DNA of 64,000 nt, taken from contig NC_043004.1 of assembly GCF_006345805.1 (NCBI RefSeq), forward strand, positions 44,950,001 to 45,014,000, in the 5' to 3' direction. The notes below the pieces were generated by a model. The model was not told the origin of the DNA and did no database searches. It saw nothing but the letters and a program-made list of their open reading frames with translations. The stretch is from Octopus sinensis (Eukaryota). Position numbers and translations under genes: made by a program. How positions within the stretch are numbered: position 1 is the first letter of the stretch; every line of letters starts with the position of its first letter. This document shows, one piece after another, positions 50,201 to 64,000 of this stretch.

Positions 50201-52744
50201 CCTTCTTAATGCCAACCACTTGACAGTGGGTGCTTTCAATGTGGCACTGGTATAAGTGCTTTTGTATGGCACTGACACAGGACTCTTTAGGGGAATATAT
50301 ACATACATATATATAGGCACACTAGGATGCTACCCATCTTCGGAAGTATACATTTGCCACAGTGGATAATAACAGGAAATATTGCATACATGCAGTAATT
50401 ATATAACTTATAATCAAATTTCTGGGTGTTTTTAGATAATGATGAAATGAATACCAATTTTCAAATAATAGACTGCAACCACATGGCTGAAACAAATAAA
50501 TGAATAAAATGAATTTTAATAAAAGAATTTTCTCATTTGTATATTTGCAATAACTTTGTTATTTTTTTTAAACCTTATGAACATAATTACATTGTACTCT
50601 GTCAAAAGCCTATCTCTGCAAAATTTTATTTAATATCAAAATGTATATTTTCAAGTGTTACAAAGCACTTGCCATGCACCTCTATCCCCATCTCCCTCTA
50701 AACAATGTAAAGCCTGACTGGTGAAGTCAGCTATCCAACCAACTTTATGTGTACATACACACACACACACACACGTGTGTGTGTGTGTGTGTGTGCATAT
50801 ATAGATATATATACACATACATAGATTTAGGTGCAGCCGTGTGATAAGAAATTTTCTTCCCGACTTCATGGTCCTGGGTTCAATCTGCCAGTGTGGCCTT
50901 GTGGGCAAGTGTCTTCTGCTATAGCCCTGTCCAACCCTTGTGAGTGGATTTGGTTGACAGAAACTGAAAGAAGATTCTGTGTGTGTCTGTGCAAATATGA
51001 AGCTGATAATGCAGTATTTGGTGTTTTTAGAAGATATCCACGTTTAGTTAGATATATGGATTGCTTTGCATTTTGGTATTAATACTACTTCTGTTGCTTA
51101 TACACACACACACACAAAGATACTCATGTATATATATGAACATACACATGAATGTCAATTTTGTGTAGCAACCTGATATGTGAACTGAAATATATTGAGA
51201 AGTATGTTTAGCCATGGGAAATATTACCTCATTTGAAAGCAGCTGAGAATTGGCAACAAGAAGGACATTGGACCACAGAAAATATGCTTCAACAAATTCT
51301 GTCTGACTCATGCTAGCATTAAAAAGTGGCTGTTAAAACTTGTTTATGCGTACATATTGTATGTGGATGTACGTGTGCATGCATGCGTGTGTGCAGATGT
51401 ATTGATAGGTATTGCTTAGTAGCTTTCTGATATGCAGATTCAAATATAGAGTGTATGTATGAATTTGTCTAGACAGTTACTGAAAAAGCCTATTATATAT
51501 AGTTCTATTATATAATAGAATTCTGGATTTTATGTTCTCAGATCAAATAATACTGTAGTCTACTTTACCTTTCCCCCTTATGGGGTGAGTAGTGGTGATC
51601 ATAAAATATCAAATCGAATACTGTAATTAATTGATTACTCACATTGCTGGAAACTTTGTAATCTTGTGATTATGTTATGAATTATTATGAGCATCACAGA
51701 TGTCTATGTCATTAGATTCACTTGTATAACATTAGAGCTGTAGTGGAGTTAACTGATGCTTTTCTTTAATTCTTGATAGAAATCTTAGGTTAAAACAGGA
51801 ATTTTATTCTACCAAAATATGAAGACAATTTAAATTGAAAGATATCGGTGATCTCAAACAAATTAATTTTTGCACTTCATTGATAGATATCAATGCTCAG
51901 TTGCTGTTATAAAATTTTTTTTTAAATGTTCATTGAATATCTCTGCTGTATTCTTAATGAATGTCTTGCCCTTATCACTTATCAGATTTCTCACAAAAAA
52001 TAATTATTTGGTTTTAATTATTCCAGGTTCAATAAAATAAGCATCTAGTCACGATGATTGATTCTGTCTGCCAGCTTCTGCACACTTCTTTGTCTTAGTT
52101 TGATTGAGAAATCATTATCATTATCCCTACCACATCATGATCACCACCCCATCATCATCATCATCATATCATCCAGGCAGCAATCTGGCAGAATCATCAG
52201 TCTATTGGAAAAGTTACTTTGCAGTATTTGCTCTGGTTCTTTATGTTCTGATTTCAAATCCTGCTGAGGTCAGCATTGCCTGTCATCCTTAGGAGGTCAA
52301 TCAAATAGGCTACCAGTCATGTACTGCACTTGGTGGTATTGACTAATCCTCATCCAGCTAAAACTTCTGGCCTTATGCTAAAATTTGAAACAATTATTTT
52401 TGTTAAGGTAGTAGGCTTGGACAATTGCTAAGGCATTGGAAAAATTCCTTTCATTATTTGACCTGGTTCAGTATGTTCTGAGTTAAAATTCTGCCATGGT
52501 CAACTTTGATAAAATGAAGTACCTGTCAAATACTGTGGTTGATGTAATCAACGTGCCTTGTCTCCTTAAAATTGCTGGCGTTGTGCTAAGAATAGAATTA
52601 TCTTTATTGAGGGTGAGAGCAGCACATGCCATCAAAGTGACACTGGAGTACAGATATACGAAGCCCAATATACTTATCATGACTATCTGTCTGATAAGAG
52701 TACACCAGGCATAAGCATCACAACCATATATGCACAACATGGTG

Positions 52745-53160
52745 ATTTAATAACATGATAAACAGCACACGACCTTTCATGTGGGGCCCAGTTAGGATTT
52801 TCTTCAGGTCAAGTAGTCCATCCTGTTTGAAAGGTTCCTGAATTACGGTTGTTTAAGGATGATGAACAAAACACCAATTGTTTCCAGAGGTGAATTATTC
52901 AAAGCCCAAATAATTCCCCTCAACACATGGCTATGGTGTTCCCCTACTTCTTCTGCTTGTGATTAGAAATACACATATCATCAGCCACTAAGGGACATGC
53001 TCAAGTGGTTATGGTTAAGTAACAGACAAGTTAATCTGTGGTATTGAGCAGAATATTTGCTTTAGCCTATCTTTTACTCCAAGGCAAAATGGGTGCATGG
53101 TAACAATTCCAATCAGTCAAGAGCAAAATCTTTGACAGCCAGGGTACCACATCATCATCA
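52745..53160 (-). mobile_element. Unclassified retroposon-like fragment ending in (TGA)n
   Basis: Higher-complexity block bounded by catcatcatcatcaac at 53150-53165. Only one copy in the window, so the class is inferred from the tail. Confidence 0.35.
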
Positions 53161-53410
53161 TCAACAACAACATTATTAAGGCAGTGAGCTGGCAGAATCT
53201 TTACTGCGCTGGAAAAAGTGTTTAGCCAGAGTCAACTTTGTCTTTCATAATTGTGAGGTTTATAAAACAAGTACCAGTTGAAAATTGGGATTGATATAAT
53301 TGACTTAAGCCCCATCCCCAAATTGCTGGCCTTGTGTCAAAATTTGAAACCATTATTGTTGTTTTTGCATTAACATTGCATAGATAATAATTGTTGAAAA
53401 ATATATTTAT

Positions 53411-53442
53411 GTTCTTTTATTTTTTTTCTTTTGCAGGTAAGT
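53411..53442 (+). promoter_or_regulatory. Candidate recursive splice site (3'ss immediately followed by 5'ss)
   Basis: gttcttttattttttttcttttgcag|gtaagt, with AG at 53435-53436 and GTAAGT at 53437-53442. About 50 nt upstream are AG-free; candidate branch point ttaac near 53371. Confidence 0.6.
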
Positions 53443-54625
53443 CCAATGCCCTAAGAAGACAATTGGCAGGCATTCTTATGTTTTTAAAACTCTTGTTTAA
53501 ATCCAGCTTTTTGTCCACGGCCTAAGTTTATACAGTGAGTACCAGTTAAATATTGTGATCTATTCAACCAGCTACAAAAGACCTATAAATTTATTTGCTG
53601 TCTTTAGAATTTATTAATATTTCCATTTCATTTTTGTATTTGGGTTGCAAGATTCTTGATGTGAACTTGTGTGTAGCAACAAAATGACTTTGACAAACAC
53701 AACTGATTGATTGATTAATTGAATAATTAATATAACAGTCAGTAGGTTGGTTAAATAGCTAACCTATTGACTGTTGAACCAGTGCATGTGTTTATTGTTG
53801 GCATAATGACCCTCTCAAGATACAACAAAATATTTATGTTGATATTACTATATGGAGTTTATTCAAAGTTCTTTACTTAAAAAAATAATTTTTTGTGACT
53901 GAATCAGAAGAGGTTGAGCAGTGCCCATGACTCCAGGTTAAGATTGTGTGAAACTTGGGGAGGGGCACAATTTTCCTCAAACTGGGGACCGGGCCTGAAC
54001 ACTTTGCAATAGAATGGTCTCCATTTGAAGCAACTGGGGGGCTAGATATGGTGTTAAAATGGACGACAGGGTATTAAGCATACCACCCAAGTTAAAAACG
54101 ATGTGTTGAATTTATTTTTTTGTTTCAACTTAAATTAATTATATTTAGTCTTTTATATTTCCTATTTGGCACACTGGTTGAATGATTCTGTTGTCGGATA
54201 AATCTATCTTGGATAGATTTCAGAAATGATTATCTGTCGCTGATGAGAATAGAAGCTGTAAAAAAAAATTGTTTTAATTTATTGTGCGTAGTTTGAAATA
54301 TATGTATACTTACATACATATATACATACATACATACATAAACATGTGTGTGTATATTTCTATCATCATCATTATCATTCTCATGTCCACTTTTTCCATA
54401 CGGGTCAGGCGGAGTTCAGTAAAGAAAATTTTCTTCAGCTGTCTTTCCTCTCACCAGCACTCATATTTTTCCAAGCCAGATAATACTTCATGACAGGACA
54501 TGTTTCCGTTAAAAGATCAGAAACAAATGACGTTTCTTCTGTGATGGTGACACTGTGACAACTATCACATGATGTCATGATGAAGATACAGGCATATATA
54601 CATGTGCACACATACATACACACAC

Positions 54626-54663
<38 letters not shown>

Positions 54664-54876
54664 GAGTGTGTGATGGGCTTCTTTCAGTTTCTGTCTATCA
54701 AATCCACTCAGAAAGATCTGATCTTCAGGGTCTCTTGTAGAAAACACTTGTCCAGGGTGCCTAGCAGTGGTACTGAACTCAAAACTACATAGTTGGGAAG
54801 TAAACTTCTTAACCACACAGCCAGCCAAGCCATCTAACCCATGCCAGCATGGACAACGGACGTTAAATGATGATGA

Positions 54877-54917
<41 letters not shown>

Positions 54918-55002
54918 AATACACACACACATACAATCATCATCATTTAACATATTTCTTCCATGCTAAAATGGGGGTTATGTGGTTCAACAGGATCTAA
55001 CA

Positions 55003-55052
<50 letters not shown>

Positions 55053-55635
55053 GCATGTATGCATGGCTCACTGGTTGTACCTCCATGTGCATTACGACAT
55101 GAATATATACTTGACTGTATTCAATTATATATAGGAAAAATGTGTCAAAGCCATCAGGAGGCATCGATGCTTCCTAGGGCTAAACAGAGGTGGTGTAACC
55201 CCCTACTGTCATGTTCACGTTAGATTGACAGTATAAAACCATTCTATATTTTAAGAGTTATTTATTATTCGGGGTCAGTTTCATGACTTACAAAATATTC
55301 CGAGACATGTGTATGCATAAGTAATATAAATTTTCATGTGATATATAAGTATTCATATATCTAATTTTATATTCAGTTGAAAAAGGATATACAAGTTTAT
55401 GCACAATCACACATTTTTGCAAAAGCACATTGTTATTGGCAGACTTGTTAGAGTTGAACATAATTGCCTTTAATTCTTCTGCTCTTTATGTTCTCAGTTC
55501 AAATCCTGCTGAGGTGAATTTTTAACTTTCACCCTTTTTGAAGTCTGATAAAATATAGTATTGGTCAAATATCAGGGTTAGTAGAATTGACTAACTCTCT
55601 CAAAATTGCTGGTCTTGTGCCAAGATTTGAAACCA

Positions 55636-55800
55636 TTATTACCCCCATCCTTCGCTAAGGCGGAGGTATTGTTTTCACTTGTGTTTGTTTGTCCATGGAC
55701 AAGATATCTCAAGAACCGCTGGATGAATTCAGATGAAAATTTCAGGCATTTGGCCTCTGTGACCGGCCTGAACTCATTAGATTTCGATCTGTTACCAGAC
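55636..55800 (+). mobile_element. Non-autonomous DINE-1/HINE-like (or Crypton-annotated) element fragment
   Basis: Starts ttattaccccc, then a small hairpin ccttcgc-taag-gcggagg, gtttgtttgtc microsatellite-like bases and a gatatctcaagaaccgctggatgaattcagatgaaa core. This layout is shared by these element types. Confidence 0.55.
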
Positions 55801-57143
55801 AAGAATTCTGGATTATTTGTTATATTTACTTTATTTACATGAAGTATTATGACCTTGTGGTTAATAAAGAAATCATTATTATTATTGTTACTATTAGTAT
55901 TATTATTACAACAGTTAAGATGGTGAGCTATCAGAATTGTTATCGCATCCAGACAAAATGCTAGCAACATTTCTTCTGGTTTTATGTTCTGAGATCAACT
56001 TTACCTTCTACCCTTTTGGGGTTGAAAAATTAAGTATTAGTGAAACACTGGGTTCAATGTAATCGACTAGCACCCCCTCTCTCAAAATTTCAGGCTTAGT
56101 GCCTTTAGTAGAAAGGATCGTTGTGGTTGTTGTTATTATCATTATTATTATTGTTATTCATATCTGGATGTTAGCAGTATTTGAGGCATTTGCTTGTAAT
56201 ATAATGTGGAAATGGACAGAATGAGCATGCAACATTCATTGTGTTTATGAATATATATATATATATGTATATATATATAAACACACATGCACACATACCC
56301 TCACACTCTCCCCCACACACACACACATGAGCATGTGTGTGTATACACATATTGAAGCAGAACTCTTTATTTCTCTCAATCACTTAACCAATATATCTAA
56401 AAATATGTTTATATGTGTGTGCACATACTACATATCTGAATGTATCCTCATCAGCATATATGTGTGTATGTGTGTTAAAAAAAGCACAGGTGTATGCACA
56501 CACTCCTGCATTCATGGACACATATATTTAGCCCTACTGAAATGAATAAGAATTCAAGTCAGAGTAGCACAAATAGCTACTGTCCAATTATGAGTCCTGT
56601 GAATTAAAAAAAAAAGAAAAAAAAGAAAGAAAAGCTACAATATGTTTCATATGACAAGAACTACCTTACCTTAAGAGCAAGCAGTACATACAATGCAGTG
56701 TTAGCAGGGTGCCAAATATTGGCAGATCTGCCAGAACTGTCTTAACCATGCCAGAATAAAGGAATAGATATTAAAAACCATTGACAAGAATTTCTTTCTC
56801 TCTCCCTCTCTCTCTCTCTCTCATATGTATGCATCTATATAATCATGTAACCAGGATATGTATAGCATGGCACAATGGATATTAAATCAGCCATTATTAT
56901 TTTCTCTGTGTGTATGTGTGTGTGTGTGTGTATGTTCTAATATGTGTCTTCGTACTAATGCATGTTGTTCTGCATGTGTGTCAGGCTTTTTTGTATGTAA
57001 TAATTTTAGTTAATGCTGAGTTATTCATAGGACGTATGTGTGTATGTAATATATGCATATACAGGATCATGAACAAACACACACAAACACACATTTTTAT
57101 GTTTCTATTTAGCGGTATATATGTATCTATATGCATATATATA

Positions 57144-57193
<50 letters not shown>

Positions 57194-57340
57194 CATGTGT
57201 ATATATGGTTGCCGCTGTGTGTGTGTATGTATGTATATATGTATTTGGTTATGTATGTGTGTATGTAAGTATTTGGTCATGCATGTGTATTTATATAGAT
57301 GTATGTATTTGGTTATGTATGTATGTATTTGGTTATATGT

Positions 57341-57825
57341 GGAGGCACTATGGCCCAGTGGTTAGGGCAGTGGTCTGTATTCTTTCGAAATATTTTACTA
57401 ATTCGAATCATTACTCTAAATAAAATTATTGTTTTCCTAATCATGTAACTTTTTCCACTGTCTTTTGAAGTAATTCGAGATGAGAATATTCTTAGATTTC
57501 TTTTCCTGTCTGGAGCTGAAAATAATATCATCAGCTTCATTTAATACTTACTTTCCCATACTTGCATGGATCAGATGGATCACGGTTTTGATTCCCAGAC
57601 CGGGTGTTAGTATTTATTGAGTGAAAACACTTAAAGCTCCACGATCTCCAGCAGGTGCTTGGTGGTGAACCCTGCTCACCTGCATTTCAAAGGGCCAGCC
57701 TTGTCACACTCTTTGTCACGCTGAATCTCCTCGAGAACTATGTTAAGGGTACACAGGTCTATGGAGTGCTCCGCCACTTGCATGTTAATTTCATGAGCAG
57801 GCTTTTCCAGGCCGTAGTAAAATTT
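57341..57825 (+). mobile_element. tRNA-derived SINE family D, split by a ~200-bp insertion
   Basis: A-box part ggaggcactatggcccagtggttagggcagtggtct (57341-57376). B-box part ggatcacggttttgattcccagaccggg resumes at ~57577, and the body runs to ~57825. Confidence 0.7.
57377..57579 (+). repeat. Local direct duplication of 59367-59567
   Basis: Shares gaatcattactctaaataaa, gtaactttttcca, gtcttttgaagta, tttcttttcctgtctggagctgaaaataatatcatca and tttcccat.cttgcatggatcagatgga with 59367-59567. Confidence 0.9.
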
Positions 57826-57843
57826 GGTTACATATGTGTGTAT

Positions 57844-57906
<63 letters not shown>

Positions 57907-58141
57907 TCACCATCATCATCATCATCATTGTTTAGCGTCCGCTTTCCATGCTAGCATGGGTTGGACGGTTTTAACTGGGGTCTGGGAAGCCAGAAGGCTG
58001 CACCATGCCCAGTTTGATCTGGCAATGTTTCTACAGCTGGATGCCCTTCCTAACACCATATATATATATATATATGTATTTATTTGATTATTTATGTATA
58101 TATTATTTATTTGGTTATGTATGTATATATGTATGTATTTG

Positions 58142-58239
<98 letters not shown>

Positions 58240-60914
58240 TTATATGCATAAACATGCGTACACAAACAGGTATACACACATACAATTGTATAGTTCAATA
58301 AGTCTTAAATTTTATAAATGTACACTTGTTTCTTTTCCAAAAATGAGCAATTTTGGTGCAGCAAAAGTTGTGGCTAACCAAGAAAGATTGGGGTCATTGT
58401 CAGAATCAGCACCATCAAATTAGCTAAAAAACGTATTTTGTTTCTTGGCACCAAAAATTGTTTTGACCAGAATTCATATCAAACTAGCTGCTGTGTACGA
58501 CCTGGGATCCACAAGAATAAAAAAGAGACAGAGATAGACAGAAAAAAGGACAATGTCCCTTGCGTTTGAAAACTATGGAAATATCTTTAAAAGACATTTC
58601 ATTTAATTTTTCCACAATTTAATTGCTTTTCATACTTTATTCTACGTTGAAAAAGTTGCAAAGACTGAAACTGGTGCTAAAATGTTCTTAATGATAAAAT
58701 TATTTTAGCATTTTCTACCTTGTCTTATTTTCCTTATATATATTACAATTTTAGCATCCACTTTTCTATATTGGAATGGGCGAGACAAAGCTTATGAACC
58801 TTATTGACGCAGATTTTCTACAAACGTATGCTCTTATTTGTTCCAACCCATAAGTGTCTCAAATTTTCACTATGAATCATTGGGTGTTATATACACATAT
58901 ATAACTTATATATGAGAATAGCTGTCTATGCATTACTTTACAACCTCCCATGATTGAAAAACAAATATAAATTCATAGCATTCAACAATTATATTAAGCC
59001 GTTTCCTTTACTTGTTAGTCACTGTGGAGACTTTCCTTCAGTTTGTACCTTGCTTAACTTGTTTGTTCTCTGAAAGTGCAAATACTAATATCTACACACA
59101 CACACTAGGACTCCATATCCAGGCCGTGCCCATGTTTATTAGTAGCTAAAGTAAATAAAATCACATGAATTCACTATAGTTTTATTTTGGATATATTGCA
59201 TTGAAAAAGATACTGAATGTTTTTAGTTTGTAAGAAATATTTATTCATTCACAGTACTATTCAAACAATTCAGAAGTTGTTTGAAGCTGAGCTTCATATA
59301 CTATACACAAAAAACACTAAACAAGTATGAATCTACTTGGAAAACAGTTTTTAAAATATGAATGCAGTATTCTTTTGGAATATTGTACGAATTTGAATCA
59401 TTACTCTAAATAAATTGTTTTCCTAATAATGTAACTTTTTCCAAATGTCTTTTGAAGTACTTTGGAGAATAGAATATTCTTATGTTTCTTTTCCTGTCTG
59501 GAGCTGAAAATAATATCATCACCATCAATCAATACTTACTTTCCCATGCTTGCATGGATCAGATGGAATTTATTACAGTAGGTTTACTAAAGCTGGATGC
59601 ATGCCATTCCTGTTGCCAAACCTCACCTGTTTCCTAGCAGTCTTATTTTACCTTTGTCATATGTTTCAAGGAAGTCTGTAAATGAACAACATGACTTGTA
59701 TGATGATGATGATGCTCATTTGTAATCATTATTTAATGTCAAGACAAGAGTATACACATATAAATGTTACACATGCATGCACACACACACACACACACAC
59801 ATACACACACACTCACCATGCTTCTTTCAGTTTCTGTCTACCAAATCAACTCACAAGGCTTTGAAGTCAGCTGTAGTAAACCCTTGCCCAAGATACAGCA
59901 CAGTATAACTGAACAAGAGACCACATGGTTGGAGCAGAGCTTCTTAACCACACAGCCACACCTGCACCTTCATATTTCATATTTCAATGAAAGTCCCTTA
60001 GCCTATGACCTTCTCCTTAAGTTGTGCTGCTATGCAAAACTTCGATTACTTAGGTTGAAACTGTGGTCTATACCACAGATCATATATTTATAAAATTCAT
60101 TTTTATGCATGAACATGTGTATATTGGAGAGATGTGTTGACTTTTTATTTTATTTTTATTTTATTTATTTTTTTGACTCCATCATTTGATAGATGATGTC
60201 ATGTTTCTTGACAACAGAAAAGCTGTATCCTTTTGGGTTGGTCTTAAAACCAGTGATATTGGGCCCCCTGTCAGCAGAGCATGACAGCTGCTGTTCCTAT
60301 TCTTGCAGTAAATACCAGTAATATACAGGGGCCATTTTAATCAATTTTATCATCTCAACAATATAACCGTTCTTTTAACGTTTAGTGCATTACATTAGAA
60401 TACTTGCTGACATTTGGAAAAATAATGAGAACTCTGTGCATGATCATGAGTATGATGAAGATGTTGGTGGTGGTGGCCATGAGAATGACAAAGTTAGTGG
60501 TGATTACAATAGGATATAAATGATGTTAATGAATAGGTTGGTGTTGCTGACGTGGTAAACCCCGATGTAGCACGAGATAAAGATAATGATGATTGTAGGG
60601 TCTTTGGTGTTGAATTGGTATGTAGTAGAATATGCGTTTGGAAATGGATGGGGAGTGGGAATTACAATTGTTGAAATTATTATAATGTTAATTTGGATGT
60701 GATGCAATGTTGACGAGGATAATGATATAGTGGCAAACCACTGAAATCAATACTGTAATAGTGTATGATGACTGATGATAACGATCATGGTGATGATCAT
60801 GATGATGATGATGATATTGATCACGATGACATTCGTGGTGATGAAAGGTTACTTATTAACATGTCTTTTTGTGTATGTATATATATTTATGTATACTTAT
60901 TTAATTAGTTATTT

Positions 60915-60921
60915 CCAATAA

Positions 60922-60976
<55 letters not shown>

Positions 60977-61138
60977 GTGTGTGTGTGTATATATATATAT
61001 GCATGTATATATATATGTATATATATATGTATATATATATATGTATGTATATATATGTATAATATATGTATATATATATATATGTATGTATATATATATG
61101 TATATATATATATATATATATGTATGTATATATATATG

Positions 61139-61186
<48 letters not shown>

Positions 61187-61402
61187 TGTATATATGTATG
61201 TATGTATGTATGTATATATGTATGTATGTATATATGTATGTATGTGTATATATATATGTATGTATGTGTATATATGTATGTGTATATATATATATATGTA
61301 TGTGTATATATATATATGTATGTGTATATATATATATGTATGTGTATATATATATGTATGTGTATATGTATGTGTATGTATATATGTATGTATATATGTA
61401 TG

Positions 61403-61430
<28 letters not shown>
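60915..61430. repeat. (TA)n/(TATG)n compound microsatellite (~500 bp)
   Basis: Directly visible; it explains the 126-191 aa YIYI ORFs. Confidence 0.95.
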
Positions 61431-61433
<3 letters not shown>

Positions 61434-63652
61434 GGTGTGTGATTGATATGTTGATGTTATATATATATAGATGCATATATACATACATATGTATTTGTGT
61501 GGGGGTTCTATTATATATTGTGTGTGTGTGTGTGCATGAATGAAAGAACAATGACCACCTTGGAATAAAAAAAAAATACCTGCAATTTCACATAAGTTCT
61601 TTATTGATTGGCTGCATTGTGCAGGAATTGTGCTGTATAGTACCAGGGAGTAACCATTGTGACTTGTGTCAACAGAACTATTATGACAGTTGGAGGTTAA
61701 TAATATGGCTTTTACTTTTAGTGTGGAACTATTTCCTTCTACCTCTTACTTTCTTTCCCTGTTCTTTCCCACAAATTACTTATAGAAAGAAAATTACAAT
61801 GCATTTATGTATTTATATGTTCTCAGTTCTAGCTATATTGAGGTGTTGCTCATATATTTTCTTTGACTCTTGTTCCTGTACATACACATAGACACTTTGA
61901 AATAGCATCTTCTTTATATCAGCATATGCACAATCCCCTTTTGGCTTTTGCGCACAAATTCATGCACAAATATAGACTGTGAGGATTATATTAGATAGTT
62001 AGAAACCTATCGATCTACCTATCTAATTATCTCTGTATACACCTTCTCACCTTTTCCGCTTTCTTTCTGGCTGCATCATTCGTCACTTAACTCACGACTA
62101 TCATATGCAGCACATCTCCATATCATCATTACTTTCTTACTTATGGACACATACATACGTGTGTGTGGGTATGTATGCATCTCTCTCTCTATATATGTAT
62201 GTGTGTCTACATATCTATATTTATATATGTGTGTGTATGTGTGTATATGTTTATGCATGCATATGAGTATATTTGCATGTACATATGTGTGTGTGTGTGT
62301 GTATATATACAGGATGTAAATTGACCAATACCAGTTGTCAAATGGTTGAGGGGGACAAGCACAAAGACACACACACATATATGATGGGCTTCTTTCAGTT
62401 TCCATCTACCAAATCCTCTCACAAAGCTTTGGTTGGCCAGAGGTATAGAAGAAGAAACTTGTCCAAGGTGCCATGTAGTGGGACCATATCCAAAACCATA
62501 TGGTTAATAATTGGCTGGGTTATAGGTAGGAGAAGGTGGGGCTCAAGAGGATGTCTGTGTCTGCTTGTGACCCCATAGTCACATAAAAGTATAGCGCATG
62601 TTGCCAAGCTGTATTGTACTATCAATGTATTTCATGAGAAAATGAAATAGAAAATTGTGTCATTGTTGGTCTTCCATTTTTAGATGTCAACATGTTGTGT
62701 CTATCTATAGTAGAATCAAATTACATCTCAAATACTTCAGGTTACTTAGTTGAGAACATGTACTGCAGGATAGGAATAACTCCTTGTTCTGTACAGTGGT
62801 TGCAGGACTATTAAGTTAATGAATGGTGTAATAATTTCAGTCCTTCCTGTGGGTCTGAATGTGTAACTCTGGCACTCAGCCTTTTACTGACCAAACTTCT
62901 TAAGTTATCTTAGAGTCCCTTTGCCTTTGAAGCCAGATCTTATTTCTAACTATCACTTGTATGTGGCAGCTGCAGTATTATGTATGATGATTAGAGTGGA
63001 TCAGTTCCAAAGTAGTCCACAGTAAAGTCATCTCACACAAACATATATATACACATATACAGCTGGGTAAACCTTTTGGCCATAAACAATAGATCGTATT
63101 CTTTGCATCTGACACTTCCTTGGAGACAATAATTTTACAAGATTGTTGGTATCTGTCTTATTTCTCAATATACTTTTCTTAATAGCATCTTTGTCACTCT
63201 CTCTCTCTCTTTCTCTCTCACACATTGTTCTAATAGCTTTTGAACTTATCATGTGGTAGTTTCTTTTCTTCAAACTTTTAGCACCACTTCCATCTGCATT
63301 ACTAAAGACAACAACAACAGCAGCAACAATAATAGAGTCAACCAACCCATGAACAGAACCAGAGAAACAAAGAACTATACACCTACTCCTCAAAAAAAAA
63401 AAAAAAAAGAAAGAAAAAAAGAAAAGAGAAAATGACAATAACAACAACAGCAAAAAACTTGTCTATTTATTACTGATATTCCAACATCAAATAAAGGGAA
63501 CTGTATATTAACAAAGAGGTGGTGGAATTTTTTCATGCCCATCACCAACTGTTGCATCTGAAATTCAACCACAAACCCCATGTTTACCACATCAAACAAA
63601 AATCTTGCTCTTGTAGTTAATGTTGTTGTTCTCCTATTTCTTCTCATCATCA

Positions 63653-63687
<35 letters not shown>

Positions 63688-64000
63688 GTTATCATTATAT
63701 AAACCCCACTTGGTAAACTTTTGTAGTTGAGAAAGTATCAAAAGTTTCCAGGTACACAAGATGCATTATCGGGAACATTTAAAAGTGACCCCTTAGGGAT
63801 TTCTTGCTTGAGTGTTGTGCATGCATGTCTGTATGTAATTATGTCTTTGTTTGGTTAGTTAATAAATATAACTGATTAACAGAGTGTATGAATGTGTTGG
63901 GATCCATGTGAATCACTCCATGTATGTCCATGAATGTATGTCTGTGTTTATACATATTAGTATTTTCATGTGAACATTTTCTTTTAACCTATGTATGTGT

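Noticed and set aside
60420-60840. Asp/Gly-rich coding-like stretch
   Set aside because: It is a decayed (GAT)n/(GGT)n tract with stops in all plus-strand frames.

Overview
Eukaryotic, AT-rich DNA dense in microsatellites and SINEs. The repeat landscape looks like an octopod cephalopod (Octopus-like) intronic or intergenic region; this is inferred from the repeat families, not from any marker gene. I cannot identify a host protein-coding exon with confidence, and almost all supplied ORFs are translations of (TA)n/(CA)n/(CT)n/(ATT)n tracts or SINE bodies. Supportable content: (1) dozens of copies of at least four SINE-like families; (2) decayed fragments of a Chapaev3/CMC-type transposase and of CR1-, RTE- and Tx1/L1-clade LINEs; (3) TIR-bearing MITEs, one family carrying telomere-like repeats; (4) a ~1.7 kb, ~62-bp-unit minisatellite with higher-order structure, expanded inside a retroposon. 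The most interesting signals are a near-perfect recursive-splice-site motif (polypyrimidine-GCAG|GTAAGT) with a downstream poison-exon donor at 53436, and a TSD-flanked palindromic element at 703-1104 made of two back-to-back tRNA-like heads plus a decayed Penelope-type hammerhead ribozyme. Also notable are a ~200-bp templated insertion that splits a SINE head (57377-57579) and a 142-bp near-perfect hairpin (21316-21457). No prokaryotic features, CRISPR arrays, rRNA or intact tRNA genes were seen.
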